A DNA stretch of 64,000 nt. Origin: a virus. The notes under the pieces were generated by a model that ran no database searches, had not been told where the DNA came from, and worked only from the letters and a program-made list of their open reading frames with translations. The translations under genes were made by a program, and so were the position numbers. Location: the IMG/VR virus record IMGVR_UViG_3300045988_125874; one strand, given 5' to 3'. This document shows positions 20,143 through 29,442 of this stretch, piece by piece (position 1 is the first letter of the stretch; every line of letters starts with the position of its first letter).

Positions 20143-23100
20143 CGAGTTGATAAACCTTTAGTGTTGACTTTAACCTCTGAAATATCAGCTCTTATATCAT
20201 TCAAAAGTTTAGTATATTTAGTAATGTCCTCTAAATAACTGTTTGTTATAACGTGCTGATTGAGAATGTTGCTTAATGTTTCATTACCGGCAGATGAGAT
20301 TCCTATAAGGGAATTAACCCCAACCACAACAGCTATCATTTGATTCTTTATTTCTTCTCCGGCAATTTGCAAAGCGGTGAAACGTCCGTTAAGTTCGTCG
20401 ATTGAATCCTGCGACGCAGTGGCAAAGCCTTTCTTTGAGGCTTCTTGGGATGAAGAGGAAGAACCTGTATATCCTGTTATTTCAGCAATCTTATCTCTTT
20501 CATTTATCGCGTCTTGGACCATTGCATCGTATTCTTTTCTAGCATCTTCCAACTGTTGCTTAGTAAGTTTTCCTCCATTTTCCTTCATCAGTTTTGCAAT
20601 GCCATTATACCATTCTCTCAATTCATCATCAAACAACTCTCCCATAGAGAAATTAAGTAGTGCACGTTGCATATATTCGGAGAAATCTTCAGAAAAGCTT
20701 TTAGCATCCTTATCCATATCCATTAATGATTCCAAGAAGTTATCTCTCAAACCATCAAAAGAAATTTGCATCAGAGACTCATTGATTTTCTCTGTTAACT
20801 CATCTAATTTTCCAGCTTGGTCGGCATACGCTTCAAGCTTTTCCATTACACGTTCTCCATATCCGCCTTTGCCGGAACTCTTAATTTGCTCATATATATC
20901 AGCATTACTAAGAAGCTCTCTCATTTGTTCGGGTGTTAGTCCCCATAACGAGTTAGTACCGGAGAAATTTTTATCCACATTTTCACGAACCCAACGTAGT
21001 TGTTCGTCATTCCATTTCATATAATATTGCCAGCTATGATGCGAATTGCTGTATCTAGCTTGCTCACGTGCTATTTTGAGAGTATTATCAATCTGTTCTT
21101 TTTGATATTTATATGCTTGTTCATATGCCGATATAGATTTGGAACCTGCGGACTTATCCATTACATCAGTTAATCGGTCAATCGATTTTTCTAATGTTTC
21201 GTTTCGGTCTGTTAATCTGTCGATCGCCTCTTGCACTTCTTTAGCATTGCTTCCGCTAATCTTGTTTATCAGAGAGTCAAATCCGCCAAAGGAAATAGCA
21301 TTAAAAATATTGCTTACGCCATCCCGTATGGATTTGCCTAATGTGACAAATAAATCACCGGATAAAACATCGCTAAGAATTCCACTAACTGCATTGAATA
21401 CTGAATCCAGCAAAGTTCCAACAAAATTACTAAGTCCATCCTTAAACACATCAATGATTGATATGATCCAACCGACAATCGGAACTTTATCAAGTTTATC
21501 AGCAAACTTTTCCATAGCTCCTCCGGCTCCTTTACCAATTTGCAACAATCCTTCGTAGGCATTTTTAATGCCTCCAGAAGATAACTTCTGTAATCCACTC
21601 GTTACATTTTCCATATTAGCCTTTAAAGCTGTTGCGGTGTTAGTTAGGCTTTGTTGCATTTCATTGGCAGCACTTGTTTGAGCTTGTACGTTCATAGATG
21701 CTGCATTTGCATTTTGTTGGGCTATCTCAAAAGCATTTTGAGCTGCTTTTTTCTCCTCTTCTGTTCCACTTTTTAACGCTTTGGTGTAATCATCTTGGGC
21801 TTTGGCTAACTTGTCATGAGCCATAGTCTCTTCCTCAATAGCAGCAAGACGATTTTGTTCAGCTAGTTGATATGCTTTTATGTCTTGACCTAACTTCTTG
21901 AAGTTTAAACCACCAGCTCCGCCTAAAGATTGCTCCATTTGGTTGATGGCATCGATTAATGCTTTTTGGCTGTCTTGGTCTGAACTTTTAAACTTATCTG
22001 TTTGGACGTATTTCTTTGCTTCTTCAAGTGCAGGTTTAATCATATCATTAAACATGCTCCCAAATTCACCAAATACAGTAACCCAATCTATATTGGCTTT
22101 TATAGCTTCGGTTTCCTTGTTTTGGATGGCAACGTCACGTTGCTTTTCTAATAACTTAACTTGCGCACTATTTGCTCCACTTTCTTCTTGTACTTTTTTT
22201 ATCTTTTCAGCATATTCCTGTGCTATGGCAAATTTCTGTTGCTGGAATGTTCCATATTCTTTCAAATAATCATTTAAAGCCTGTTGTTCGGCTTTAAGTT
22301 GTTCCTTGGTTACATCAGCAATTGCTTTGTCTCTCTTGTTTTCAGCGTTGGTATAACGAGCGGAAATTTCAATAGACTGCTCCGAAGTCAACTTTCCACC
22401 CTGTCTTTCACTCAAATCTTTTTCTTGTTTCTTGATGGCGTCAAGTTCTTTTTGATAGTCAAGGTCAATCTGTTTTAGCTTTTTCTCTGTGCCTTCCTTC
22501 ATAAGATTGATTTCCGCTTGTTGATTTTGGCGACGAAGCGACAAAAGTTCTTCGGCTGTCTTTTGTTGTTCTTTTTTTTGCTTGTCAGCAGCGGATTCTC
22601 GCTTGGAAGAAGAGTCATAGACTTTTAATTCTTTTTCTGCCTCTTTTAGCTTCTTAGTGTTATCTTTATAGGATTTTATAACGGAAGCGTCAATTCCTTC
22701 AAACTTACCAGCATCCAACATTTTTTTTTGAGAAGATGCTATAGAATTTAAGGCATCTTCAGCTTCTTTCTTTTGATCTTCCCAATATTTCTTATTGAAT
22801 ATAACAGGTTTCTCGGCCTCTTTTTTAGCTTGCTCATCAGCTTTTTCAAAATCTTCTAAAGCTTTTGTATAAATCTCAAGTTCTTTTTTAGCGGCAGTTA
22901 AATCTTCTTTTAGTGCACCAGTATATCCCCCTCTGTTTGTAGTTCTGATTATACTATTTTCTAGGCCTTGTACTTTTTGTTGTGACATTACAACTTTGGT
23001 CTTTAAACCAATACGTTGTTGGCGCAACATTTCATCTGTTTCCAGTTTGATTAATTCGGCATTTGTTTTTCTTTTTGCTGTTTCCCAATCCATATTTTGA

Positions 23101-24362
23101 AATACTTCAGGCATTAAACGCTGTAATTGGCGATATGCGATGAAGCGTTCTTCTATAGATTTGGATTCATTACTTAGAATATTGGATAGTTCTCCTGCTT
23201 TATTTTTCAGATCGTCGTAGTGGCTTTTTTGAGCTTCAAGAGCATTATTTGTTTCACGGATGGCTTTTTCTGTCTCACTTTCTGCAGTGGCAAGTTTATA
23301 AATGCCGTATGCCAATCCAGCGATAGCAGCTGCTGCTAATACATAGGGATTTTTCAGCATTGATAAATTCAATGCATCTTGCGCTTTTTTTGTCAAGACT
23401 AACCATCCATAGTGAGCTGTTTCTTTAGCTGTTAAAGCTGTAATACCTGATGCTTGTAAAGCTTGCAAGGCATTAGTTACCATTAAAGCGGTGCGATATG
23501 CCCCGTAGGTCCCTACGATTTCTATTAATATTCGTCCTACTTTCTCATAGTTTTCAACAAGATAGGAAACCCCGGATAAAGCATCATTAATAATACCTTC
23601 ATTAGCTTTCCCTATTTCATTAAACATGGTAGAAATTGCATCCTCTATATTGGAAATCTGACCAGTGATTGTCTTGGACTGTTCTTGCATAAGGTTGTAG
23701 AACATTCCTCCTTCATTTGTAAGGTTCTGGATAACTTTCTGGACTTCTGGAAATCCTACTTTTCCTGCTTCAACTAAACTTTTTACTTCTCCTTCTGCTA
23801 CTCCGAACACTTTTGCCAATTCGCGAATCATAGGAATACCACGCCCTGTGAATTGATTCAGGTCTTGTGTATATAGACGACCTTGGGTCATAGTAGTACC
23901 ATAAAGATAAACGATATCTCCGAGAGGCTGGGATAAACCGGCAGCAATGTTTCCTAAACGTATTAAATCGTCATTTACGTTTTCAACATTTTCTCCATAA
24001 GCAAGAAGTTGTTTAGCTCCATTTGCTACGCCTTGAAGGTCGAATGGGGTAGTAGCTGCTGTCTTTACAAGTTGCTGCATGAGGGCATTCGCCTTATCTT
24101 CACTGCCAAGCATTGTTTTAAATGCGACTTCCAATTGTTGGAACTCTCCGCGAACCTTCGCAATATTTGAAATTAATTCTTTTGCCGTAAATCCTGCTCC
24201 AAAAGCTGCTGCAGCTCTTGTCATACGGTTAAACAAATCTTCAATGCCTAACCCGCTTTGTTCTATTTGTTTGGAAGCGTTTTTTACTCCGTTTTCACAC
24301 TCGTGTAGTTTCCGTATAAAGTTGGAGTTGTCACCGGTAATATCGAAGTGTAATCCAGCCAT
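20139..24362 (-). CDS. Tail tape measure protein
   Basis: 1407 aa, highly alpha-helical/coiled-coil, Gly-rich hydrophobic segments. N-terminal TAATTPFDLQGVANGAKQLLAYG matches the TP901-type tape measure domain. Confidence 0.9.
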   Translation of the reverse strand: MAGLHFDITGDNSNFIRKLHECENGVKNASKQIEQSGLGIEDLFNRMTRAAAAFGAGFTAKELISNIAKVRGEFQQLEVAFKTMLGSEDKANALMQQLVKTAATTPFDLQGVANGAKQLLAYGENVENVNDDLIRLGNIAAGLSQPLGDIVYLYGTTMTQGRLYTQDLNQFTGRGIPMIRELAKVFGVAEGEVKSLVEAGKVGFPEVQKVIQNLTNEGGMFYNLMQEQSKTITGQISNIEDAISTMFNEIGKANEGIINDALSGVSYLVENYEKVGRILIEIVGTYGAYRTALMVTNALQALQASGITALTAKETAHYGWLVLTKKAQDALNLSMLKNPYVLAAAAIAGLAYGIYKLATAESETEKAIRETNNALEAQKSHYDDLKNKAGELSNILSNESKSIEERFIAYRQLQRLMPEVFQNMDWETAKRKTNAELIKLETDEMLRQQRIGLKTKVVMSQQKVQGLENSIIRTTNRGGYTGALKEDLTAAKKELEIYTKALEDFEKADEQAKKEAEKPVIFNKKYWEDQKKEAEDALNSIASSQKKMLDAGKFEGIDASVIKSYKDNTKKLKEAEKELKVYDSSSKRESAADKQKKEQQKTAEELLSLRRQNQQAEINLMKEGTEKKLKQIDLDYQKELDAIKKQEKDLSERQGGKLTSEQSIEISARYTNAENKRDKAIADVTKEQLKAEQQALNDYLKEYGTFQQQKFAIAQEYAEKIKKVQEESGANSAQVKLLEKQRDVAIQNKETEAIKANIDWVTVFGEFGSMFNDMIKPALEEAKKYVQTDKFKSSDQDSQKALIDAINQMEQSLGGAGGLNFKKLGQDIKAYQLAEQNRLAAIEEETMAHDKLAKAQDDYTKALKSGTEEEKKAAQNAFEIAQQNANAASMNVQAQTSAANEMQQSLTNTATALKANMENVTSGLQKLSSGGIKNAYEGLLQIGKGAGGAMEKFADKLDKVPIVGWIISIIDVFKDGLSNFVGTLLDSVFNAVSGILSDVLSGDLFVTLGKSIRDGVSNIFNAISFGGFDSLINKISGSNAKEVQEAIDRLTDRNETLEKSIDRLTDVMDKSAGSKSISAYEQAYKYQKEQIDNTLKIAREQARYSNSHHSWQYYMKWNDEQLRWVRENVDKNFSGTNSLWGLTPEQMRELLSNADIYEQIKSSGKGGYGERVMEKLEAYADQAGKLDELTEKINESLMQISFDGLRDNFLESLMDMDKDAKSFSEDFSEYMQRALLNFSMGELFDDELREWYNGIAKLMKENGGKLTKQQLEDARKEYDAMVQDAINERDKIAEITGYTGSSSSSQEASKKGFATASQDSIDELNGRFTALQIAGEEIKNQMIAVVVGVNSLIGISSAGNETLSNILNQHVITNSYLEDITKYTKLLNDIRADISEVKVNTKGLSTR

Positions 24363-24487
24363 AAGTCTTTTCGATAGAAATAGTTCCGTGCAACATCACA
24401 CGGCATTGCAAATATACAAAATATGCTTCTTTGTGTGCTATATTTGTTATTAAAACATCCTTAAAAGTTTATTTTTTTATCTTTAAT

Positions 24488-24518
24488 TTTGTTTGCATTG
24501 ATGTATTAAATATATTTG
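24488..24518 (+). promoter_or_regulatory. Bacteroides-type promoter of the plus-strand moron
   Basis: TTTG (24488-24491), 19-nt spacer, TATATTTG (24511-24518). ATG lies 28 nt downstream. Confidence 0.65.
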
Positions 24519-24545
24519 CACATATACAACAATATAAATAGAGTA

Positions 24546-25670
24546 ATGGATTTTAAAGACAAAATCATGCAGCTATCTGACAATATAAAGAAACAGAAAG
24601 ATAGGATAGCTACAGAGGAAGCGACAAAAAATGCTTTCATTATGCCGATGATAGCTGCTTTAGACTACGATGTTTTTAACCCTTTTGAGGTTGTGCCTGA
24701 AATGGATTGCGACTTAGTAAAGAAGAAAGGGGAGAAGATAGATTATGCTATAATGAAGGATGAAAATCCGATTCTTCTTATTGAGTGCAAACATTGTAAA
24801 CAAGATTTAAACTTGCATGATACTCAATTACAAAAGTATTTTGTCGCTTCTAACGCACGTTTTGGAGTGCTTACTAATGGTATAGAATATCGTTTTTATA
24901 CTGATCTGGAAAAGGTAAACATTATGGATGAGAAACCTTTTCTTGTTGTGAATATGCTGGAGCTTTCGGACGCAGATATAGAACAGTTGAAGAAGTTTCA
25001 CAAATCTTATTACAATGAAAACGATATTTTAAGTACTGCGAACAAACTTAAATACACGACAGAAATAAAGACAATCTTGAATAGTGAATTTGTTTCACCG
25101 TCATCAGATTTTGTGAAATTCTTTGCTAAACAGGTATACACAACAGGGCAAATAACCCAGAAAGTTGTTGAGATGTTCACGCCACTTGTGAAGAAATCAA
25201 TGTCTAGTGTTGTCAATGACATAATATCTGACAGGCTTAATACAGCTATGAAGAACGATGAACAGGCTGATGATGAAGTTTTCGAAGAGGAAAGTTTGCC
25301 AGATTCCCCCCGACAAGATATAGGCGATAAACTCCCAGAAGGAGTTGTGCACATGGACAAGGACTCCGGTATTATAACTACACAGGAAGAATTGGACGCC
25401 TACAATATTGTGAGGAGTATCTTAAGAAAAAGTATAGATGCCGCACGTATAACTTATAAAGACTATAAAACATATTTCGTTGTTAATCTCGATAGCAGCG
25501 AATGGTTCTGGATATGCCGCATTTCCATTGGTGCAAGAAAGAAACGAATTGGGATACCAGTAGACAGGTACAAAAGCTGCGACTGGATTCAAATTGATAG
25601 CATAGATGACATATTCAAATATGCGGATAGACTTGAAGAATCACTTAAAATGGCAATAGAAAAGTTGTGA
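24546..25670 (+). CDS. HsdR-N-terminal-like PD-(D/E)xK nuclease-fold protein (stand-alone)
   Basis: TEEATKNAFIMPMIAALDYD...GEKIDYAIMKDENPILLIECK...FGVLTNGIEYRFY follows the type I HsdR N-terminal domain pattern. Start taken at ATG 24546. Confidence 0.6.
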   Translation: MDFKDKIMQLSDNIKKQKDRIATEEATKNAFIMPMIAALDYDVFNPFEVVPEMDCDLVKKKGEKIDYAIMKDENPILLIECKHCKQDLNLHDTQLQKYFVASNARFGVLTNGIEYRFYTDLEKVNIMDEKPFLVVNMLELSDADIEQLKKFHKSYYNENDILSTANKLKYTTEIKTILNSEFVSPSSDFVKFFAKQVYTTGQITQKVVEMFTPLVKKSMSSVVNDIISDRLNTAMKNDEQADDEVFEEESLPDSPRQDIGDKLPEGVVHMDKDSGIITTQEELDAYNIVRSILRKSIDAARITYKDYKTYFVVNLDSSEWFWICRISIGARKKRIGIPVDRYKSCDWIQIDSIDDIFKYADRLEESLKMAIEKL

Positions 25671-25689
25671 AAATTAAAACTCAATAATT

Positions 25690-26187
25690 ATGAAGAAGAA
25701 AATTTTATTCTTACTAGCAGTGTTTGTGTATTCAATAATGGGGTTTGCTCAAGAAAAGAAAGAAGTCATCATTAAAGCTGGTACTGTTGTTCCTTTGGAA
25801 GCCATAAGTAATGTTAGAGCCTCTCAAGTACATGAAGGACAGAATATCGATTTTAAAGTTTCTAGGGATGTTATTGTAGATAAAATAGTAGCTATTCCAG
25901 CTGGCACTATAGCTAAGGGGATAGTGTATGAAGCAAAAAGATCGGCATGGTTTGGAACCAAAGGAAGATTAGGTATTAAACTACGTTATTTAACTCTTCC
26001 ATCTGGAGATAATGTCAACTTTTCATCCTCTGAAGTATATATAACAGGGAAAAACAGAACTCCATTATCTGTTGTTATATTTTGTTGTACTTGCATTCCT
26101 CTTCCTTGTGGATCTAAAGCTGAAATGAAAATAGGTTATGAGTTTGATGCATCAGTAGCTAACAATACTACAATAACTTTAGAGTAA
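25690..26187 (+). CDS. Secreted/periplasmic protein of unknown function
   Basis: 165 aa. Signal peptide MKKKILFLLAVFVYSIMGFA-QE. C-terminal Cys cluster CCTCIPLPCG. Confidence 0.6.
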   Translation: MKKKILFLLAVFVYSIMGFAQEKKEVIIKAGTVVPLEAISNVRASQVHEGQNIDFKVSRDVIVDKIVAIPAGTIAKGIVYEAKRSAWFGTKGRLGIKLRYLTLPSGDNVNFSSSEVYITGKNRTPLSVVIFCCTCIPLPCGSKAEMKIGYEFDASVANNTTITLE

Positions 26188-26216
26188 TTATTTTAAAATT
26201 GTTCAGTTTTACCAAT

Positions 26217-26256
26217 AAATCACGAGGATTTTTATATAACCCTCGTGATTTTTTTG
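26217..26256. terminator. Rho-independent terminator ending the moron (bidirectional position)
   Basis: AAATCACGAGG-loop-CCTCGTGATTT followed by TTTTT, between convergent genes. Confidence 0.75.
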
Positions 26257-26291
26257 CCTTCTATTTTTGCTTTTTGTTCTATTGGTCGTAT

Positions 26292-27008
26292 TTAGTCCCA
26301 TCTCATAGCTTTTATCTTTTCCATGTTTTTCGGGTCGTCTGCATTGACAAATGTCCTGTCATTGGAAATACGGGCTTCTTTCTTTTCTTCGTCAGTAAGA
26401 TATACGGAAGTAATAGCATCTGCCATCAGCATTTGAAGAAATGAAAAACTAATTTCCCATACAATCTGCTGTGGAGTCATGTTGAGTTTTTCACATGCTG
26501 GTAATATTAAAGAACCAAATACGCTTTTACCGCCAAAAGTGATGGAATTGCCTTTCTTGTTTTTTATCATTGAAACTTTAGCTAGTTCTTTACGTTCCCG
26601 GTCAATCCCGAAATATTTGATAAACTCATCTGTATTATCTTTAGTAAGAACCATAACAAGAAGTTGAGCCATTTCTTCATTTGAAAGATTTTTCCTCAAA
26701 AACTGGCATCTGCTATTTACAATTCTGTTATTAAATAGTTCTTCTTTCTTGTTGAGTGTATGGTAAGATAATAGCTGGCAAACAATCTCTTTTTTTTCTT
26801 GGCATAATCTTAATGCTTCCATATATGGGTTTGCTTTAATAATATCAGCCTTCATATCAAGGCTTTCAATGAGCCTTGAAAGTAGATATGTTTTGCCCAA
26901 AGTTATTGGATATAGATAAAAATGTCGCTTATTGACCCGAAAGCCGTATGGTCTTTCCATTATGGTATCAGCGATATTCATTTCTATTATTTTTCTATTT
27001 TCGACCAT
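26292..27008 (-). CDS. Hypothetical protein; tail assembly chaperone candidate by position
   Basis: 238 aa, between the major tail and tape measure genes (interrupted by the moron). Confidence 0.4.
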   Translation of the reverse strand: MVENRKIIEMNIADTIMERPYGFRVNKRHFYLYPITLGKTYLLSRLIESLDMKADIIKANPYMEALRLCQEKKEIVCQLLSYHTLNKKEELFNNRIVNSRCQFLRKNLSNEEMAQLLVMVLTKDNTDEFIKYFGIDRERKELAKVSMIKNKKGNSITFGGKSVFGSLILPACEKLNMTPQQIVWEISFSFLQMLMADAITSVYLTDEEKKEARISNDRTFVNADDPKNMEKIKAMRWD

Positions 27009-27093
27009 ATACTATTACTTTTAGAAAATAAAATGGCTATCTTCACAGACTGCCAATTTCAGACATGAAAACAAATCAACTCATGATTTTTAG

Positions 27094-27165
27094 AGCGGAT
27101 TGATGGGCCTGCACCATCCCCTTCACTCTGGTAGAGCGACGCACGCCTGTGTGTGCTTAATCCGC
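27094..27165 (-). ncRNA. tRNA-like cloverleaf (71 nt + discriminator) with non-canonical U8 and T-loop; anticodon-loop equivalent CUACCAG
   Basis: Minus strand: GCGGATT-AA-GCAC-ACACAGGC-GTGC-G-TCGCT-CTACCAG-AGTGA-AGGG-GATGG-TGCAGGC-CCATC-AATCCGC-T. All four stems are fully paired. It sits in a GC-rich island within an AT-rich spacer. Confidence 0.55.
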
Positions 27166-27223
27166 AGGTGTGCATCCACCTAATAGATGCACGAGCCTCT
27201 ATAAAAAATATACCTATTGTAAC

Positions 27224-27775
27224 TTATCCGCCTATTCCTGGATTAGGAGCAACTTCAAACTTGTCTCCATCGCCATCTTCGTCATCCGGGTCACATTCAA
27301 TTTTTGTAATAGGAGATCCTGTTGTAGGAGTAACAATAATTTTACCCCATTGGACTTGATTCTTATTAGCAGCAGATTTTAAGGCATCAAACGTATATGC
27401 CCAAACACCACCATCTGCACTAGTAAACGTATCTTCAACTGATACCGTTGTCTTTTCCATGCAAAATCCGGGAACTTCAGGATCTTCCGGTTGTAGTGCA
27501 ACAGCATAATTGTGAGCAACTACGCCATCACTGTCGCTGATAGGTCTTTTGCGCCCTTTTGCCGCACGTATGTTGACTACTAGGGCATAGGTGTTTTTAC
27601 CATACTTGACGTCTTCATTTTCTCCACCTTCAATTTTGGCTTCTTGCTTGTCGCCTTTTGTTGTTGTCAACTGTGTGGAATTTTCCACAGGTGTAGGAAG
27701 CTCTTCCCATTTGGGCGAAGTAGCATCCAGGTCTTTTACGAAAATTCGGGGTTTACCCCATCCGATTACTGCCAT
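27224..27775 (-). CDS. Major tail protein (by position and composition)
   Basis: 183 aa. First gene downstream of the head-tail joining genes and upstream of chaperone/tape measure. Confidence 0.6.
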   Translation of the reverse strand: MAVIGWGKPRIFVKDLDATSPKWEELPTPVENSTQLTTTKGDKQEAKIEGGENEDVKYGKNTYALVVNIRAAKGRKRPISDSDGVVAHNYAVALQPEDPEVPGFCMEKTTVSVEDTFTSADGGVWAYTFDALKSAANKNQVQWGKIIVTPTTGSPITKIECDPDDEDGDGDKFEVAPNPGIGG

Positions 27776-27804
27776 AGTTCTATATCACTTAATATAGTTA
27801 ATAC

Positions 27805-28227
27805 TTATTCGTTATTTATTTCAATATACAGTTTGTTATTGATGAAATGCTCGGTATGTCCGTCTTCAAAAGGAATGCCTGTGGAATTAGTTTTCTGACT
27901 GCATTTTGAAGGAACTGTATGATACTCATCTTTGCGTATAAAAACAAGGAACTTGCATAATTCACATAGTTCACCTACGCGTTGAGTATTCTTTTCCCAC
28001 GATTTTGTTTCTTCATTCCATTGGTCACTGACATATACATTGACATTAACATAAGCTCTCTGGATCTGACCGCATCCCTCATTAGCAAGAACAGATATAA
28101 CTATATCTTCCTTATCTGATTTATTGGGTCTTCCTCTGTCACTCAATTTACCAGAAACATTCTGTTCAAGGCTTGTTCCCTTAATCTTGTGGTAAACGAA
28201 CTTCTGTATTTCAATGTCTGATTTCAT
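27805..28227 (-). CDS. Tail completion / tail terminator candidate
   Basis: 140 aa, positioned between the gp10-like gene and the major tail gene. Confidence 0.4.
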   Translation of the reverse strand: MKSDIEIQKFVYHKIKGTSLEQNVSGKLSDRGRPNKSDKEDIVISVLANEGCGQIQRAYVNVNVYVSDQWNEETKSWEKNTQRVGELCELCKFLVFIRKDEYHTVPSKCSQKTNSTGIPFEDGHTEHFINNKLYIEINNE

Positions 28228-28769
28228 TATTTAGCAATCTGTCTTTTTAGCTTTTCAAGCATTTGAGGAATTTTGTCTGTCGCCCATAATTCCGTTGATG
28301 CAAGTACGTCTTTATTATCCATCGCTTCTACATATTCAGCGTAATTCATTCCGGCAACAATGACAAGTACATAATCATTAGAATACCTTTTTATGAGTTC
28401 TTCGGCAAGGTCTTTCCCGGCTTTTGCACCTTCCTGACCTCCGGCTTTGACACGTGCTGTAAATGAAATTTTTTTGCCATCTTTAGTAACATATTCAACT
28501 TGTTTTGTATGGGCTGCTTTCCCCATGCTACTGTCAAAACCGTAGCTTGAAACTATGTTGCCATTATGGGAAATAATATATCCAACAGAACTTCTAAGAT
28601 TACCGGACTGGTCAAACCAGCTCTTTTCTCCGGGACGATCTCGGATTCTTCGTACACATTGCTCTCCAAGATAAGCTAAAGCACGTATTGTTAGTGTTTC
28701 TACGCGTTCTGCTTCTTTCATTAAAGTCTTATGTATTTCGTCCAGCTTGCCGGATAATTTTATTCCCAT
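28227..28769 (-). CDS. HK97 gp10-like head-tail joining protein
   Basis: 180 aa. SGNLRSSVGY and YAEYVEAMDNK resemble the gp10-family pattern (TG.Lr.s...Ya..vE). Confidence 0.5.
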   Translation of the reverse strand: MGIKLSGKLDEIHKTLMKEAERVETLTIRALAYLGEQCVRRIRDRPGEKSWFDQSGNLRSSVGYIISHNGNIVSSYGFDSSMGKAAHTKQVEYVTKDGKKISFTARVKAGGQEGAKAGKDLAEELIKRYSNDYVLVIVAGMNYAEYVEAMDNKDVLASTELWATDKIPQMLEKLKRQIAK

Positions 28770-28772
28770 ATT

Positions 28773-29099
28773 TTAAACCCAAATTTTACACTGAAGTTGG
28801 TAACGATGGAAACCTTTTACTTCAAATTCTCTTTCAATTCCTCCGAGCAGATTTATTTTAACCCTGTCTCCAATAGTAAAGGTCTGACAATTACTTGGAA
28901 GACAAACCGTATATGAATAGCTTCTTACAACACCGTCTTCAAACTCCCTTTCTTCCGCCTTTCCGGAAGGTACTGCATCACAAGGGATTGAGCCCTTCCA
29001 TTCAGATGAACCGGGATGATAATTTCCATTTTCATCTTCATAGCCAGGTACAGCCACTAGGTATTGTAAACGATGTGGATTTCTATTTGCTACTGCCAT
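28773..29099 (-). CDS. Head closure / head-tail adaptor protein
   Basis: Start at MAVANRNPHRLQY. Size and pattern fit the Phage_H_T_join type. Confidence 0.5.
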   Translation of the reverse strand: MAVANRNPHRLQYLVAVPGYEDENGNYHPGSSEWKGSIPCDAVPSGKAEEREFEDGVVRSYSYTVCLPSNCQTFTIGDRVKINLLGGIEREFEVKGFHRYQLQCKIWV

Positions 29100-29100
29100 A

Positions 29101-29439
29101 CTACAACAAACAATCACCCACATATACCATTGGTTTTGCTTCCAGTTCTACTGAAGGCTCACCAATAGTATTGTAGATGGAGTTAACACGTAATAGTATT
29201 CGTTCTTTGTCTTTATCAGACAAAGCCCCGAAGGACTTGTCTGCTTCAGAGAAATTGATAGCCTGAACCAAAGACCAAAGACAATCAGCTAGAGCTCCCT
29301 GATATTCGTTAGAATGAGCTATGTCGTAATTAAACTCATCATCACCATTGAGATTACGTTTAATCATCACATTCTCTACAAAACCGATAGGGATCGGATA
29401 ATGTATTTCGTCTATGAGGGCTTGCTGAATTGTCTTCAT
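29101..29439 (-). CDS. Putative head-tail connector protein
   Basis: 112 aa, immediately downstream of the capsid gene. Confidence 0.4.
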   Translation of the reverse strand: MKTIQQALIDEIHYPIPIGFVENVMIKRNLNGDDEFNYDIAHSNEYQGALADCLWSLVQAINFSEADKSFGALSDKDKERILLRVNSIYNTIGEPSVELEAKPMVYVGDCLL

Positions 29440-29442
29440 GGT

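Noticed and set aside
26199-26444. 81-aa plus-strand ORF after the moron.
   Set aside because: It starts inside the terminator hairpin and runs antisense into the 238-aa minus-strand gene. Its translation is Phe/Leu-rich junk.
27094-27165. Reading the intergenic cloverleaf on the plus strand.
   Set aside because: The G-U pair in the anticodon-equivalent stem becomes an A-C mismatch, and the arm order (4-bp D-like arm first, 5-bp T-like arm last) fits only the minus strand.
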